A DNA stretch of 64,000 nucleotides, taken from assembly GCA_041658185.1 (NCBI GenBank), contig JBBAAR010000001.1, positions 44,405 through 108,404 on the forward strand, written 5' to 3'. This DNA is from Elusimicrobiota bacterium (GTDB taxonomy: Bacteria; Elusimicrobiota; UBA8919). Position numbers and translations under genes: made by a program. Positions 31,883 through 39,910 of this stretch are shown here, piece after piece. Each line of letters starts with the position of its first letter. Within the stretch, counting starts at the first letter, position 1. A model generated the notes under the pieces. That model saw only the letters and a program-made list of their open reading frames with translations, was not told the origin of the DNA and did no database searches.

Positions 31883-32548
31883 TTACGTTATTTTTGTGCC
31901 GCATTCGCCGCAGAACTTTGTCTCAAGCTGGTTTTGCGCACCGCATTTCGGGCATTTATTCATACCTAACGTAACACCGCAGTTGTTGCAAAACTTACCT
32001 TCGCCGGCAGGTTTTCCGCATTTAGGACAAATCGTCTGTTTGCTTTCTATTTCGCCGGTGAAAACCTGGCTGGTCGCGGCTTTACCTTTGATATCGTCAA
32101 CCATTTTTTTGGCTTTTGCGGCGGCTACTTCCACATTAACCCGCGGAGCGTCATCAACGCATAAACCTTCCTGTTCGTTCCAATCGTTCTCGCAGACCCA
32201 GTGTTTGCATTTTGGACACCGTTTAAAATATCCTTTTGCTTCATTCTGCGCAAGTTCAAAAGCCGCTTCATGCTCTTTCTGCCAATCCGCAGTCATCCCG
32301 GTAAATTTTGCGCCTATGACATCCGCACCTCTTTCAGCGCCGTATCCGATATTGTACTTTCCGGTTATCTGGGCGACGGCGCCGATGATGCTTCCGATAC
32401 CCTTGATGAACTTACCTTTTTTACAGGTTTTTGATTCAACAAACTTCGTTTTGTATCCTTCCTTGCAGCAGTCGCAGTAAAATGTGAACTGAAAACCCTC
32501 CTGGGTGGAATTGTCCGCAAAATTGCTCGTGAACGCTTGCATTGCCAT
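31883..32548 (-). CDS. multi-zinc-ribbon protein, function unknown
   Basis: CDCC, CPKCKHWVC, CPKCGKPAGEGKFCNNCG and CPKCGAQNQLETKFCGECG. Strong SD AAGGAGG upstream. Confidence 0.6.
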   Translation of the reverse strand: MAMQAFTSNFADNSTQEGFQFTFYCDCCKEGYKTKFVESKTCKKGKFIKGIGSIIGAVAQITGKYNIGYGAERGADVIGAKFTGMTADWQKEHEAAFELAQNEAKGYFKRCPKCKHWVCENDWNEQEGLCVDDAPRVNVEVAAAKAKKMVDDIKGKAATSQVFTGEIESKQTICPKCGKPAGEGKFCNNCGVTLGMNKCPKCGAQNQLETKFCGECGTKIT

Positions 32549-32618
32549 ATCAATCCTCCTTTTAACGACAATTATATCTGATTACACAGATTTTTGAACA
32601 CTGATTACTCTCGTTTCT

Positions 32619-32687
32619 AAAAGAAAGTGTTGCATTTTTACTTCAAAATGATTATTGCCAAAATTGTTCAAAGATGGAGAAATCAAA
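32619..32687 (-). repeat. 69-nt conserved upstream element, copy 1
   Basis: 63/69 identical to 36998..37066. Lies 71 nt upstream of the ATG at 32548. Confidence 0.75.
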
Positions 32688-32771
32688 GTATTGGAACCCC
32701 ATACTTTTCCATACTTTTGTTTCACATTTGAGAAAATTAACTTGCATCTTCACTTCAATGTTCTTGAAATT

Positions 32772-34244
32772 TTATTTGATTGTTCTAAATTCATTCAGGA
32801 GTTTTTTAAGGTTAAAAACGGCTATAGTTGTGATACGGTCTGACATAGCGTATGGTAATATCAGATTTTGATTGTGAATTAATGCGCCGCAAGTATAAAC
32901 AACATTGGGTACATAACCCGCTCTCTCTGTTTCGTTCGGTATAATGAGCGGCTCTTCCAGCCGCCCTATGATACGCGAGGGGTCATCTCTATCTAATAGA
33001 ATCGCGCTGATACAGTATTTTCTGACAGGGCCGACGCCGTGAGTAAGAACAATCCACCCGTCATCAGTTTCTATAGGTGAACCGCAGTTGCCGATTTGAA
33101 CAAATTCCCATTCATAAGTCGGTTTCATTATAAGGCGCGCCTCATGCCAGAAATGAATATTATCTGAATACATTAAAAAAAGATTTTCGTTGTCCTGACG
33201 TGAAATCATTGCATATTTCCCGTTAATTTTTCTGGGGAACAATGCCATTCCTTTATTTTCCACAGCCCTGCCGTTAAGCGTTATCATTTTGAAATGACGG
33301 AAGTTTTTTGTCTCTAACAGCTGAGGTAAAATTGCTTTGCCGTCATAAGCCGTGTATGTCGCATAGTAGGTTTTACTGCCGTCATCATCCGTGAAAAGTA
33401 CAAACCGAGCATCCTCTATGCCGTTCTGTTCCGTCGGAGAAGCGGGGAATATTACAAAATCGGACAGTTCCTTGGATACTGGAATCTCGGCTTCATAGTT
33501 GGACAGGGCAAGCCACAAAATTTTATCGCTTGTAAATTTATCCGTTTGTGTTTTTTTCCTGTTACTGCTGAATGCCACTTTTTTTAAACTATCCGTTAAC
33601 TCCAAAAATGTAAATGTATCTTTCAGTAAATCTAATACAGCTAAAGAAAAATCATTTTCAAGCCTCATTTCAAAAAGTTTCATATAGAAACAATGTTTAT
33701 CATAAATCGGGTTCTGCACATGTATTGCGGGCACAGTATATTTTCCCGGACTATAAATAGTTATGGAGTTATTTCTATCAATAATACCGGTTCTGAAAGT
33801 TAACGACGAAATATGCCCCTCGCCTGTTGCCCTGAGGCTCATAATAAAACGCAAAGTTCCTTGCGGGAGATTGGATTGATCGGGATGGGGAACTATGGAA
33901 GGATTGAAAAGAGCGGCTGATTCAAAAGTGTATTCACCCGTAAAGTATGAACCGATTAATAATTTTCTTTCTTTAGACGGCTGCAAGTCGGTAAATAAGA
34001 ACGGACGGACTATTTCATAATGTTCAAGAAATATTGTTTCTATATTTTCATAGCGGCCTGAAAAATCATTCAATACTTTATTTAGTTGGTTTGTGACGGA
34101 ATCTTCGGGTAAAGCCATTACCCGCGAGATAATATTAATAACCTGCAATTCGTTCCTTGGTATAAAAGGTCTTTGTATTATTCTGGTTTGGTCAGGTGTC
34201 AGTAATATATTAGAATTTTCTGCAAATGACGCAATAGTTGCCAT
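32772..34244 (-). CDS. GH130-family glycoside phosphorylase/hydrolase
   Basis: GNCGSPIETDDGWIVLTHGVGPVRKYCISAILLDRDDPSRIIGRLEEPLIIPNETERAGYVPNVVYTCG is the typical GH130 C-terminal core. Confidence 0.75.
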   Translation of the reverse strand: MATIASFAENSNILLTPDQTRIIQRPFIPRNELQVINIISRVMALPEDSVTNQLNKVLNDFSGRYENIETIFLEHYEIVRPFLFTDLQPSKERKLLIGSYFTGEYTFESAALFNPSIVPHPDQSNLPQGTLRFIMSLRATGEGHISSLTFRTGIIDRNNSITIYSPGKYTVPAIHVQNPIYDKHCFYMKLFEMRLENDFSLAVLDLLKDTFTFLELTDSLKKVAFSSNRKKTQTDKFTSDKILWLALSNYEAEIPVSKELSDFVIFPASPTEQNGIEDARFVLFTDDDGSKTYYATYTAYDGKAILPQLLETKNFRHFKMITLNGRAVENKGMALFPRKINGKYAMISRQDNENLFLMYSDNIHFWHEARLIMKPTYEWEFVQIGNCGSPIETDDGWIVLTHGVGPVRKYCISAILLDRDDPSRIIGRLEEPLIIPNETERAGYVPNVVYTCGALIHNQNLILPYAMSDRITTIAVFNLKKLLNEFRTIK

Positions 34245-34260
34245 ATGTTTCTCCGAAAAA

Positions 34261-36555
34261 TTATTTAGATGTTGCTATTTTCTGGCTTTCAAGTGTATTT
34301 TGCATTGTTGTCATTTCTGCCAGCGAAATGTAAAAAGAAAGACTTGATTCTGCTCCTTCGTTCTGGTTGATACGGTCAACGTGGAGAGCATCACGGCATC
34401 CCCCTGTTGATGAATCATATAGAGAGCTATCCAGATCATTTCGTCCCATGAACCACTGAAATGCTTTTCGCGCTTCAGTATACCACATATGATCTCCGGT
34501 GGTACGAAAAGCCTCAAGGCATGCCGAAATCATCGTGTGAGTTTCGACCGGCTGCTGGTCGGCTATTGAAATTGTCTCTCCCCGTTTGTAGAACCCGTCA
34601 GACCCGACAGGACGGAAACGGTTTTTTGGCGAAGTTTGAATCTTAATCAGCCACAGAAGAGATTTAAGTCCGGTTTCAAGCATTTCTTTATTTTCAAGCC
34701 ACCTGCCGCTCAAGATAAGCGCCTGAGAAAGCTGTGCATTGCAATACGTAACAACCGGCTCGAACCATGGCCAATCCTTGTCGCTGTGGACACGGTAAAG
34801 TTCAAAGAGTTTTTTGGCTAATGTCTGGCGTATCTGACGGACACGGCGGTCTCCGTCAAAACATCTGAGATATTCGTGTATGCCTATGATAGCAAATGCC
34901 CATGCCCTTGGAGAAGAGAAATCACAAACAGGCGGTAATGCTTTTTCAAAAATTGTATTTGCAAAATTTCTGAATCCTGCGTTCGTAGTCCTGCCGATGC
35001 AAGTACCTAATGCCCAGACAGTCCTGCCATGAGAATCTTCCGAACCCATCCCGTTCACTTCATCTGCCCATGTCCGATTATAATTCATATAATTCCTGAA
35101 GCGGCAGGTTTTTGCGTCAAAAGCACTATTGAGGAATGCAAAGTATATAGTCGCCATATCCGTAAGTTTTGTCTTATCGCCTTTTTTAAGTTCATCAAGA
35201 TAGATTGTCAGAATAAGAGCCCGCGCATTATCGTCGGTACAATAACCTTCTGCAAGATTAGGTATATTGTATATCGCATGCTGTATAATTCCGGTTGAAT
35301 CAGTCATTCTGTATAAATGGTCAAGTTTAAAAGCAGGTAATTCCGGTAATTCCTGGTCAAGTGAGGGTAGGACAAGTTTTTTATAAATAAGTGTGGGATG
35401 TTTTAATCTGGCTTCTTTGAAAACGTCCAAGTAAAGCCTGCCTACATTGTTCCATATCATTTCTCTGCCGAGTATAAAAGCATTTTTTCGCAGAGCGTTC
35501 CGTTTATTGTCATTACGAACTAAGTCCAATACTTCCCTGGCTATTGCATCCGGGTCATTAAAAGGCACGATTATTCCTCTTCCTTCATCAAGCAATTCTG
35601 CAGCATGCCAATAGGGAGTTGAAATCACAGCATTACCGGCGCCAAAACAGTAAGCAAGAGTTCCCGAAACAATCTGTTTTTCATCAAGATAAGGGGTTAT
35701 GTAAATGTCAGCTGTAACAATGAATTCCTTTAATTCTTCCATCGTAACAAACCTGTTATAAAAAACCACATTTTTGGCAATTCCAAGTTCTTCTGCAATG
35801 TTCTGCAGTTTTAAACGATATATTTCACCTTCTTCACGTACAAGACTGGGATGGGTGGCTCCGAGAACCACATAAACAACATTTGGGTATTCTTTGACAA
35901 TGGAGGGTAACGCGTAAAGAACATTTTCTATTCCTTTATTAGGCGAAAGAAGTCCGAAGGTCAGCAGAACAAACTTACCGGTCAGGCCAAATTGGTCTTT
36001 GTAGAAATTAGAATCAATGAAGGGAATGTCCGGAATACCGTGCGGGATTAAACGAATCTTGTTTTCGGGCACTTTGTAAATTTCTTTTAAAAATTCAACT
36101 GATCTTTTAGTCATAACCACAAAGATATCTGATAATTCCGTTAATCCTTCCATGACATGTATTTGTTCGGAGTTTGGTGTTTTAAGAACAGTATGCAGAG
36201 TGGTAACCACAGGCATCTGTAATTTTTTCAGAAGTGTAAGGATATAAATACCTGCAGGGCCGCCGAAAATACCATATTCATGCTGCAGCGAAACAACGTT
36301 TACAGCATTGATATTGATATAATCTGCGGCACGCTTATATGAATCAATTTCCTGTTCCTTAATTTCAAATCTGACGCAATCAGGATAGTTATATCCTTCC
36401 TTAATGTCATTAACCGGAATAGCAAAACAATGAATATTATGGAATTGCTCCGCGATAGATTCATAGAGGGTAGCTGTAAATGTAGCAATACCGCATTTAC
36501 GGGGTAAGTAATTGCCGATAAAAGCAATCTTTTTTATTTCAGGAATATTATACAT
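34261..36555 (-). CDS. GT4-family glycosyltransferase fused to a C-terminal (alpha/alpha)6-barrel-like domain
   Basis: N-terminal GT-B fold (IAFIGNYLPRKCGIATFT ... PYWHAAELL). The C-terminal ~360 aa have helical-toroid features (CTDDNARALIL, HGRTVWALG, NEGAES). Confidence 0.75.
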   Translation of the reverse strand: MYNIPEIKKIAFIGNYLPRKCGIATFTATLYESIAEQFHNIHCFAIPVNDIKEGYNYPDCVRFEIKEQEIDSYKRAADYININAVNVVSLQHEYGIFGGPAGIYILTLLKKLQMPVVTTLHTVLKTPNSEQIHVMEGLTELSDIFVVMTKRSVEFLKEIYKVPENKIRLIPHGIPDIPFIDSNFYKDQFGLTGKFVLLTFGLLSPNKGIENVLYALPSIVKEYPNVVYVVLGATHPSLVREEGEIYRLKLQNIAEELGIAKNVVFYNRFVTMEELKEFIVTADIYITPYLDEKQIVSGTLAYCFGAGNAVISTPYWHAAELLDEGRGIIVPFNDPDAIAREVLDLVRNDNKRNALRKNAFILGREMIWNNVGRLYLDVFKEARLKHPTLIYKKLVLPSLDQELPELPAFKLDHLYRMTDSTGIIQHAIYNIPNLAEGYCTDDNARALILTIYLDELKKGDKTKLTDMATIYFAFLNSAFDAKTCRFRNYMNYNRTWADEVNGMGSEDSHGRTVWALGTCIGRTTNAGFRNFANTIFEKALPPVCDFSSPRAWAFAIIGIHEYLRCFDGDRRVRQIRQTLAKKLFELYRVHSDKDWPWFEPVVTYCNAQLSQALILSGRWLENKEMLETGLKSLLWLIKIQTSPKNRFRPVGSDGFYKRGETISIADQQPVETHTMISACLEAFRTTGDHMWYTEARKAFQWFMGRNDLDSSLYDSSTGGCRDALHVDRINQNEGAESSLSFYISLAEMTTMQNTLESQKIATSK

Positions 36556-36561
36556 CTGTTT

Positions 36562-36909
36562 TTACCTTAAAATGAAATTTAAAAAAATTTCTTTTTTTGC
36601 GTCATCCAAATGATTTTTTCTTTCTTCTTTGAATCTTGCTTTGATATATTTATCTATTTCCGCTTCACCCTTTTTTGTATTTCTTTTCAAAATATTTTTA
36701 GTTGCAATCATACCTCGAATATAATACTGAAAATAGTTTGCCTTTTTTTGCCCTTCAATCATTAGCAATATAGGAAGCGATAGAGATTCAAGCAACTGGT
36801 CAGCGCTAATTTTATAATTACCTAAAAGTCGTTTTAATCCCAACTCTTTTATTTGAGTAAAGCACTTTTCAATTTCTTCTATTTCAAAACCTACACTTCC
36901 TAAATCCAT
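36562..36909 (-). CDS. hypothetical protein
   Basis: ORF ends 6 nt upstream of the GT4 gene start. No recognisable domain. Confidence 0.4.
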   Translation of the reverse strand: MDLGSVGFEIEEIEKCFTQIKELGLKRLLGNYKISADQLLESLSLPILLMIEGQKKANYFQYYIRGMIATKNILKRNTKKGEAEIDKYIKARFKEERKNHLDDAKKEIFLNFILR

Positions 36910-36997
36910 ATTAAATACCCGCTAACATCTGAATTTATGCCGACATTATGGCGGCTAATAATCTTTCAAAATTTTTGTCTCTGATTTGTCACCATGT

Positions 36998-37066
36998 AAA
37001 AGAAAGTGTTGCATTTTTACTTCAAAATGATAACTGTCAAATTCGTTCAAAGGTGGAGAAATCAAA
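36998..37066 (-). repeat. 69-nt conserved upstream element, copy 2
   Basis: 63/69 identical to 32619..32687. Lies 89 nt upstream of the ATG at 36909. Its minus-strand reading contains TTGACA. Confidence 0.75.
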
Positions 37067-37153
37067 TTTACGCCACTTGCGACTTTAAAGAATTGAGGAC
37101 CGTTCCCAATTCCCCAATCTTTTTCTCATATCAGGTGTTTTTTTGTAAAAAAG

Positions 37154-37411
37154 TTAATAAGTTCTTTCACTTCTTCGTCTTATGAAGATGATTTCAATAA
37201 GTTTCTCTGTTGTGTCAAATCTGTAACCAATCCTAAAATCACCCTGTCTTATCCTGTAATAAGATTCCTTACCTTTTTTGATTTTATTCACTCCCACTGG
37301 TAACGGATTCAATTTAAGAGCCTTAATATTATCAGCAATCCGTTGGAGGTCATCTTTGTTGATATTTTCAATATCCTTTTTAACGCTTTTCTTTAAAATA
37401 AGATTAAACAT
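37154..37411 (-). CDS. RelE/ParE-family type II toxin
   Basis: 85 aa; ...ESYYRIRQGDFRIGYRFDTTEKLIEIIFIRRRSERTY is the RelE/StbE pattern. 8-nt overlap with the antitoxin gene. Confidence 0.8.
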   Translation of the reverse strand: MFNLILKKSVKKDIENINKDDLQRIADNIKALKLNPLPVGVNKIKKGKESYYRIRQGDFRIGYRFDTTEKLIEIIFIRRRSERTY

Positions 37412-37640
37412 TTATACCTTTATGCTTTAAGTATTTGTTCCATTCTGCTTCACTTATTGAGGATTCATTCTTCCGGGCCTCTATAATAGCAATATCTTCC
37501 GCTTCTTCTTTTGCTTCCCTGATTCTCTCGGCAACTGCCTCAGTAACAAAATGAGATATTATAGTTCCGTGTGTCTTACGAAGATTTTTTAGTTCTTCAA
37601 TAAGATTTACAGGCATCCTAACGGCCAATAATTTTGTCAT
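37404..37640 (-). CDS. ribbon-helix-helix antitoxin
   Basis: MTKLLAVRMPVNLIEELKNLRKTHGTIISHFVTEAVAERI is an RHH fold. I moved the start from GTG 37655 to ATG 37640, which is preceded by GGAGGTGG. Confidence 0.75.
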   Translation of the reverse strand: MTKLLAVRMPVNLIEELKNLRKTHGTIISHFVTEAVAERIREAKEEAEDIAIIEARKNESSISEAEWNKYLKHKGINV

Positions 37641-37661
37641 CTTTACCACCTCCACTATCTA

Positions 37662-37690
37662 ATTATAACATAGTATAACAATTTTGTCAA
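37662..37690 (-). promoter_or_regulatory. sigma70-type promoter TTGACA-N17-TATAAT for the toxin-antitoxin operon
   Basis: Minus strand: TTGACA at 37690..37685 and TATAAT at 37667..37662. Confidence 0.7.
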
Positions 37691-37722
37691 GTAAAAAATG
37701 ATTGTTGTGAATCTTTTTATTT

Positions 37723-38055
37723 TAAAGTAAGGTTTTACCACAACCAACACTTTTCAGTCGGCCAAAAAAGAAAGAACTTTTTGGCACGCCGTAGTATTTT
37801 AGGGTATTTATTTTTGGGCTGGAGTTTCTGCGGGTAGACCGTGCCGCACCAGTAAGATAGGGAAAACCGGACGGGCCTATTTCAATCATGTAATCGTTGA
37901 GAAAAATTGTATCTGTCCCCTTTTTCCCTAGGAATAAGGATACCGCAGGCGGTAATTGATTTTTTCAATTCTTCCAATTTTTCTTTGTCTTCTCTCCCTC
38001 TTAAAAGCGGACTGGCAAAATTTAATTTATCCAGCCGGATTTGCACAAATTCCAT
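37723..38055 (-). pseudogene. small ParB-like (ParBc/sulfiredoxin-fold) gene interrupted by a REP insertion
   Basis: ATG at 38055 gives MEFVQIRLDKLNFASPLLRGREDKEKLEELKKSITACGILIP. Reading then runs into the REP copy (..REKGDRYNFSQRLHD*). A shifted frame continues IEIGPSGFPYLTGAARSTRR..., with a ParB-box-like Y-L-x-G-x-x-R. Confidence 0.45.
37901..37928 (+). repeat. REP-type motif, variant GAAAAATTGTATCTGTCCCCTTTTTCCC (copy b)
   Basis: One mismatch in the core (GTATCTGTCCC). Lies inside the ParB-like reading frame. Confidence 0.75.
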
Positions 38056-38065
38056 AAATCATCCC

Positions 38066-38395
38066 TTATTTTAACGGTTTCCCGCATTTTACGCATTGAG
38101 CGCCGCTCGGCGGTTGTTCCGTTTTGCATTTCGGGTTATTACAGGTAACCAGCAGGCGTTCGCCGCACTGACTGCAATAATCGCCGAAGAAAGTTGTTTT
38201 GCCGCATTTCGGGCAGGCAACTTCAAGCAATAGTCCGCAGTTGGAACAACTCTTCCAGTTATTTTCAACCGGGTTTTTGCATTTCGGGCATCTTTCGGGT
38301 CCCAAGGGATTAACTTTACCGCATAATGGGCAAACGTTTGATTCGGCTGGCGTGAGTCCTGAGCAGTAACGACAGGGGTGCTTGTATCCGGGCAT
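38066..38395 (-). CDS. multi-zinc-ribbon protein (about ten CxxC pairs in 109 aa)
   Basis: CRYC, CPLCG, CPKCK, CSNCG, CPKCG, CSQCG, CNNPKC and CVKCG. Confidence 0.6.
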   Translation of the reverse strand: MPGYKHPCRYCSGLTPAESNVCPLCGKVNPLGPERCPKCKNPVENNWKSCSNCGLLLEVACPKCGKTTFFGDYCSQCGERLLVTCNNPKCKTEQPPSGAQCVKCGKPLK

Positions 38396-38440
38396 AAATA
38401 TAACCTCCGTTATGACAACTTTTGCTGATGTACCATCGGA

Positions 38441-39775
38441 CTATCCGTTTTTCGTCCATCTTTCGGAATCATTTTTTGAATCAACGTTGAATTTCAGGAG
38501 GTCCGACACGTCTTTTTTCCACTGGTCAAAAGAGGAATGAATAATTCTTCCGATAAAAAGCTCGCGCAGGGTTCTTAACTCCGGAAGGCGTGCGATTGAA
38601 AAATTATACCGCATATATTTCGGGTCTTGCAGTTTTTCTTCGGTTAAATAAATCGGTTCCCGACGGAAATTTATCGCAATCATGCACGAGTTTATGGTTT
38701 TTAATAATTTATCGGCTTCTTTATCCATGAGTCCGGCATCTTTCATATTCGCGTAATCTTTTCTCGGACATATCCTGAAAAAATAAGTTGCCTTCCCGCC
38801 TTCTTCCTCGGAAATTGCTTCCATCGCGACTGCATTTCCGCCGGCATTACCGGATTTTTTTGAGAGGTCGCCGCATATCGGGAAAAGAAACCAGACGTAG
38901 TCGCCGGTGAGTGCGCCCATTAAACCCCTTTTAAGTCCTATGCAGAGTTTATCCCGGCTTGAAAGATTTTTCAGAAAATCATATTCATTCCAGAAATCAA
39001 GGCTTTTTACCTTTCTTTCAAGTTTCTCCCATAACGCCGGCGAAACCGAATCTATGTTTTTCTTGGATACTGCCTTTCCGTCTTTCATAAGCCGTGCGGC
39101 TTTTCTTATGCTTTGAGAATCTATATCCGGCGCGAGTTCCTTTAAAAGCGACTGGGCTTTAAGCGAAAGTTCGTTTATTGCGTCTGCGAGTTCTTTTTTA
39201 ACGGAGTCATATTTATTTCCCAAACTTGAAAATATGAATTTGTCGCCGGAATCGCACGTGATGGTAATTTTATAATCTTCCGCCGAAAATTCCAGTATGC
39301 CGCTGTAGGGTATCCTTGTGATTTCCGCTTTTTCCGGCGTAAAAACAAGAGACGTTTCAAGGAGTTTTATTTCGCACTCAAGGTTACCTCCCCGCAGTTC
39401 ATTTAAGACGTACCTTTCCACTTCGGCTTTTATACCGGATTTTACTATGGATTCGCCGATAAGCATATCCTTTTCTATCAGTTCGTTCCTGAGTTTGTTC
39501 AGGTATCTTATGAAATCTTCGTATTTATAGCCGAGACCGTAAAGTTCAAGTTTCTCGCCGGACGAAGTAGGGATATGCAACTTATAATCTTTTGGTGAGA
39601 TTTCTATGAGTTCGCGGTATGTGAACATCAGGGGTTCGCCGGTTTCCGGCAGTATGGAAAGTTCCTCTTTAGAAAGTTTTGATGCGGCTTTTCCTGAAAC
39701 CGGTTTTTCGCTGCCTGATTCAAAAAAGGAATATTCCAAAGAAAATTCTGCTACGGCATCGTTATCATCAGCCAC
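38441..39775 (-). CDS. hypothetical protein with an internal tandem duplication (PH-like modules?)
   Basis: Two related segments: LSILPETGEPLMFTYRELIEISPKDYKLHIPTSSGEKLELYGLGYKYEDF and TSLVFTPEKAEITRIPYSGILEFSAEDYKITITCDSGDKFIFSSLGNKYDSV. The rest is unrecognised. Confidence 0.5.
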   Translation of the reverse strand: MADDNDAVAEFSLEYSFFESGSEKPVSGKAASKLSKEELSILPETGEPLMFTYRELIEISPKDYKLHIPTSSGEKLELYGLGYKYEDFIRYLNKLRNELIEKDMLIGESIVKSGIKAEVERYVLNELRGGNLECEIKLLETSLVFTPEKAEITRIPYSGILEFSAEDYKITITCDSGDKFIFSSLGNKYDSVKKELADAINELSLKAQSLLKELAPDIDSQSIRKAARLMKDGKAVSKKNIDSVSPALWEKLERKVKSLDFWNEYDFLKNLSSRDKLCIGLKRGLMGALTGDYVWFLFPICGDLSKKSGNAGGNAVAMEAISEEEGGKATYFFRICPRKDYANMKDAGLMDKEADKLLKTINSCMIAINFRREPIYLTEEKLQDPKYMRYNFSIARLPELRTLRELFIGRIIHSSFDQWKKDVSDLLKFNVDSKNDSERWTKNG

Positions 39776-39818
39776 AAAAAAACTCCTTATTCACAGCGCC
39801 GATTTATGAACCTATAAC

Positions 39819-39910
39819 TTTTTTATTTTTATTTTCAAGCGAGCGAGTGAAAAGCAAACTTGTTTGTTTTTCCGAGTGAGCGCTGAAAACAAAGGGTTAA
39901 ATACCCTTTA
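39819..39910 (-). repeat. family-R4 repeat, copy a (follows a KK-stop)
   Basis: The core ttcaagcgagcgagYgaaaagcaaacttgtttgtttttccgagYgaRcgctgaaaacaaag is shared with 48961..49046, with 3 mismatches. Confidence 0.8.

Noticed and set aside
36930-37153. Possible small ORF or sRNA between the RelE stop and the glycan operon.
   Set aside because: There is no ORF with an SD. The conserved part is accounted for by the 69-nt repeat, which is treated as a regulatory element.
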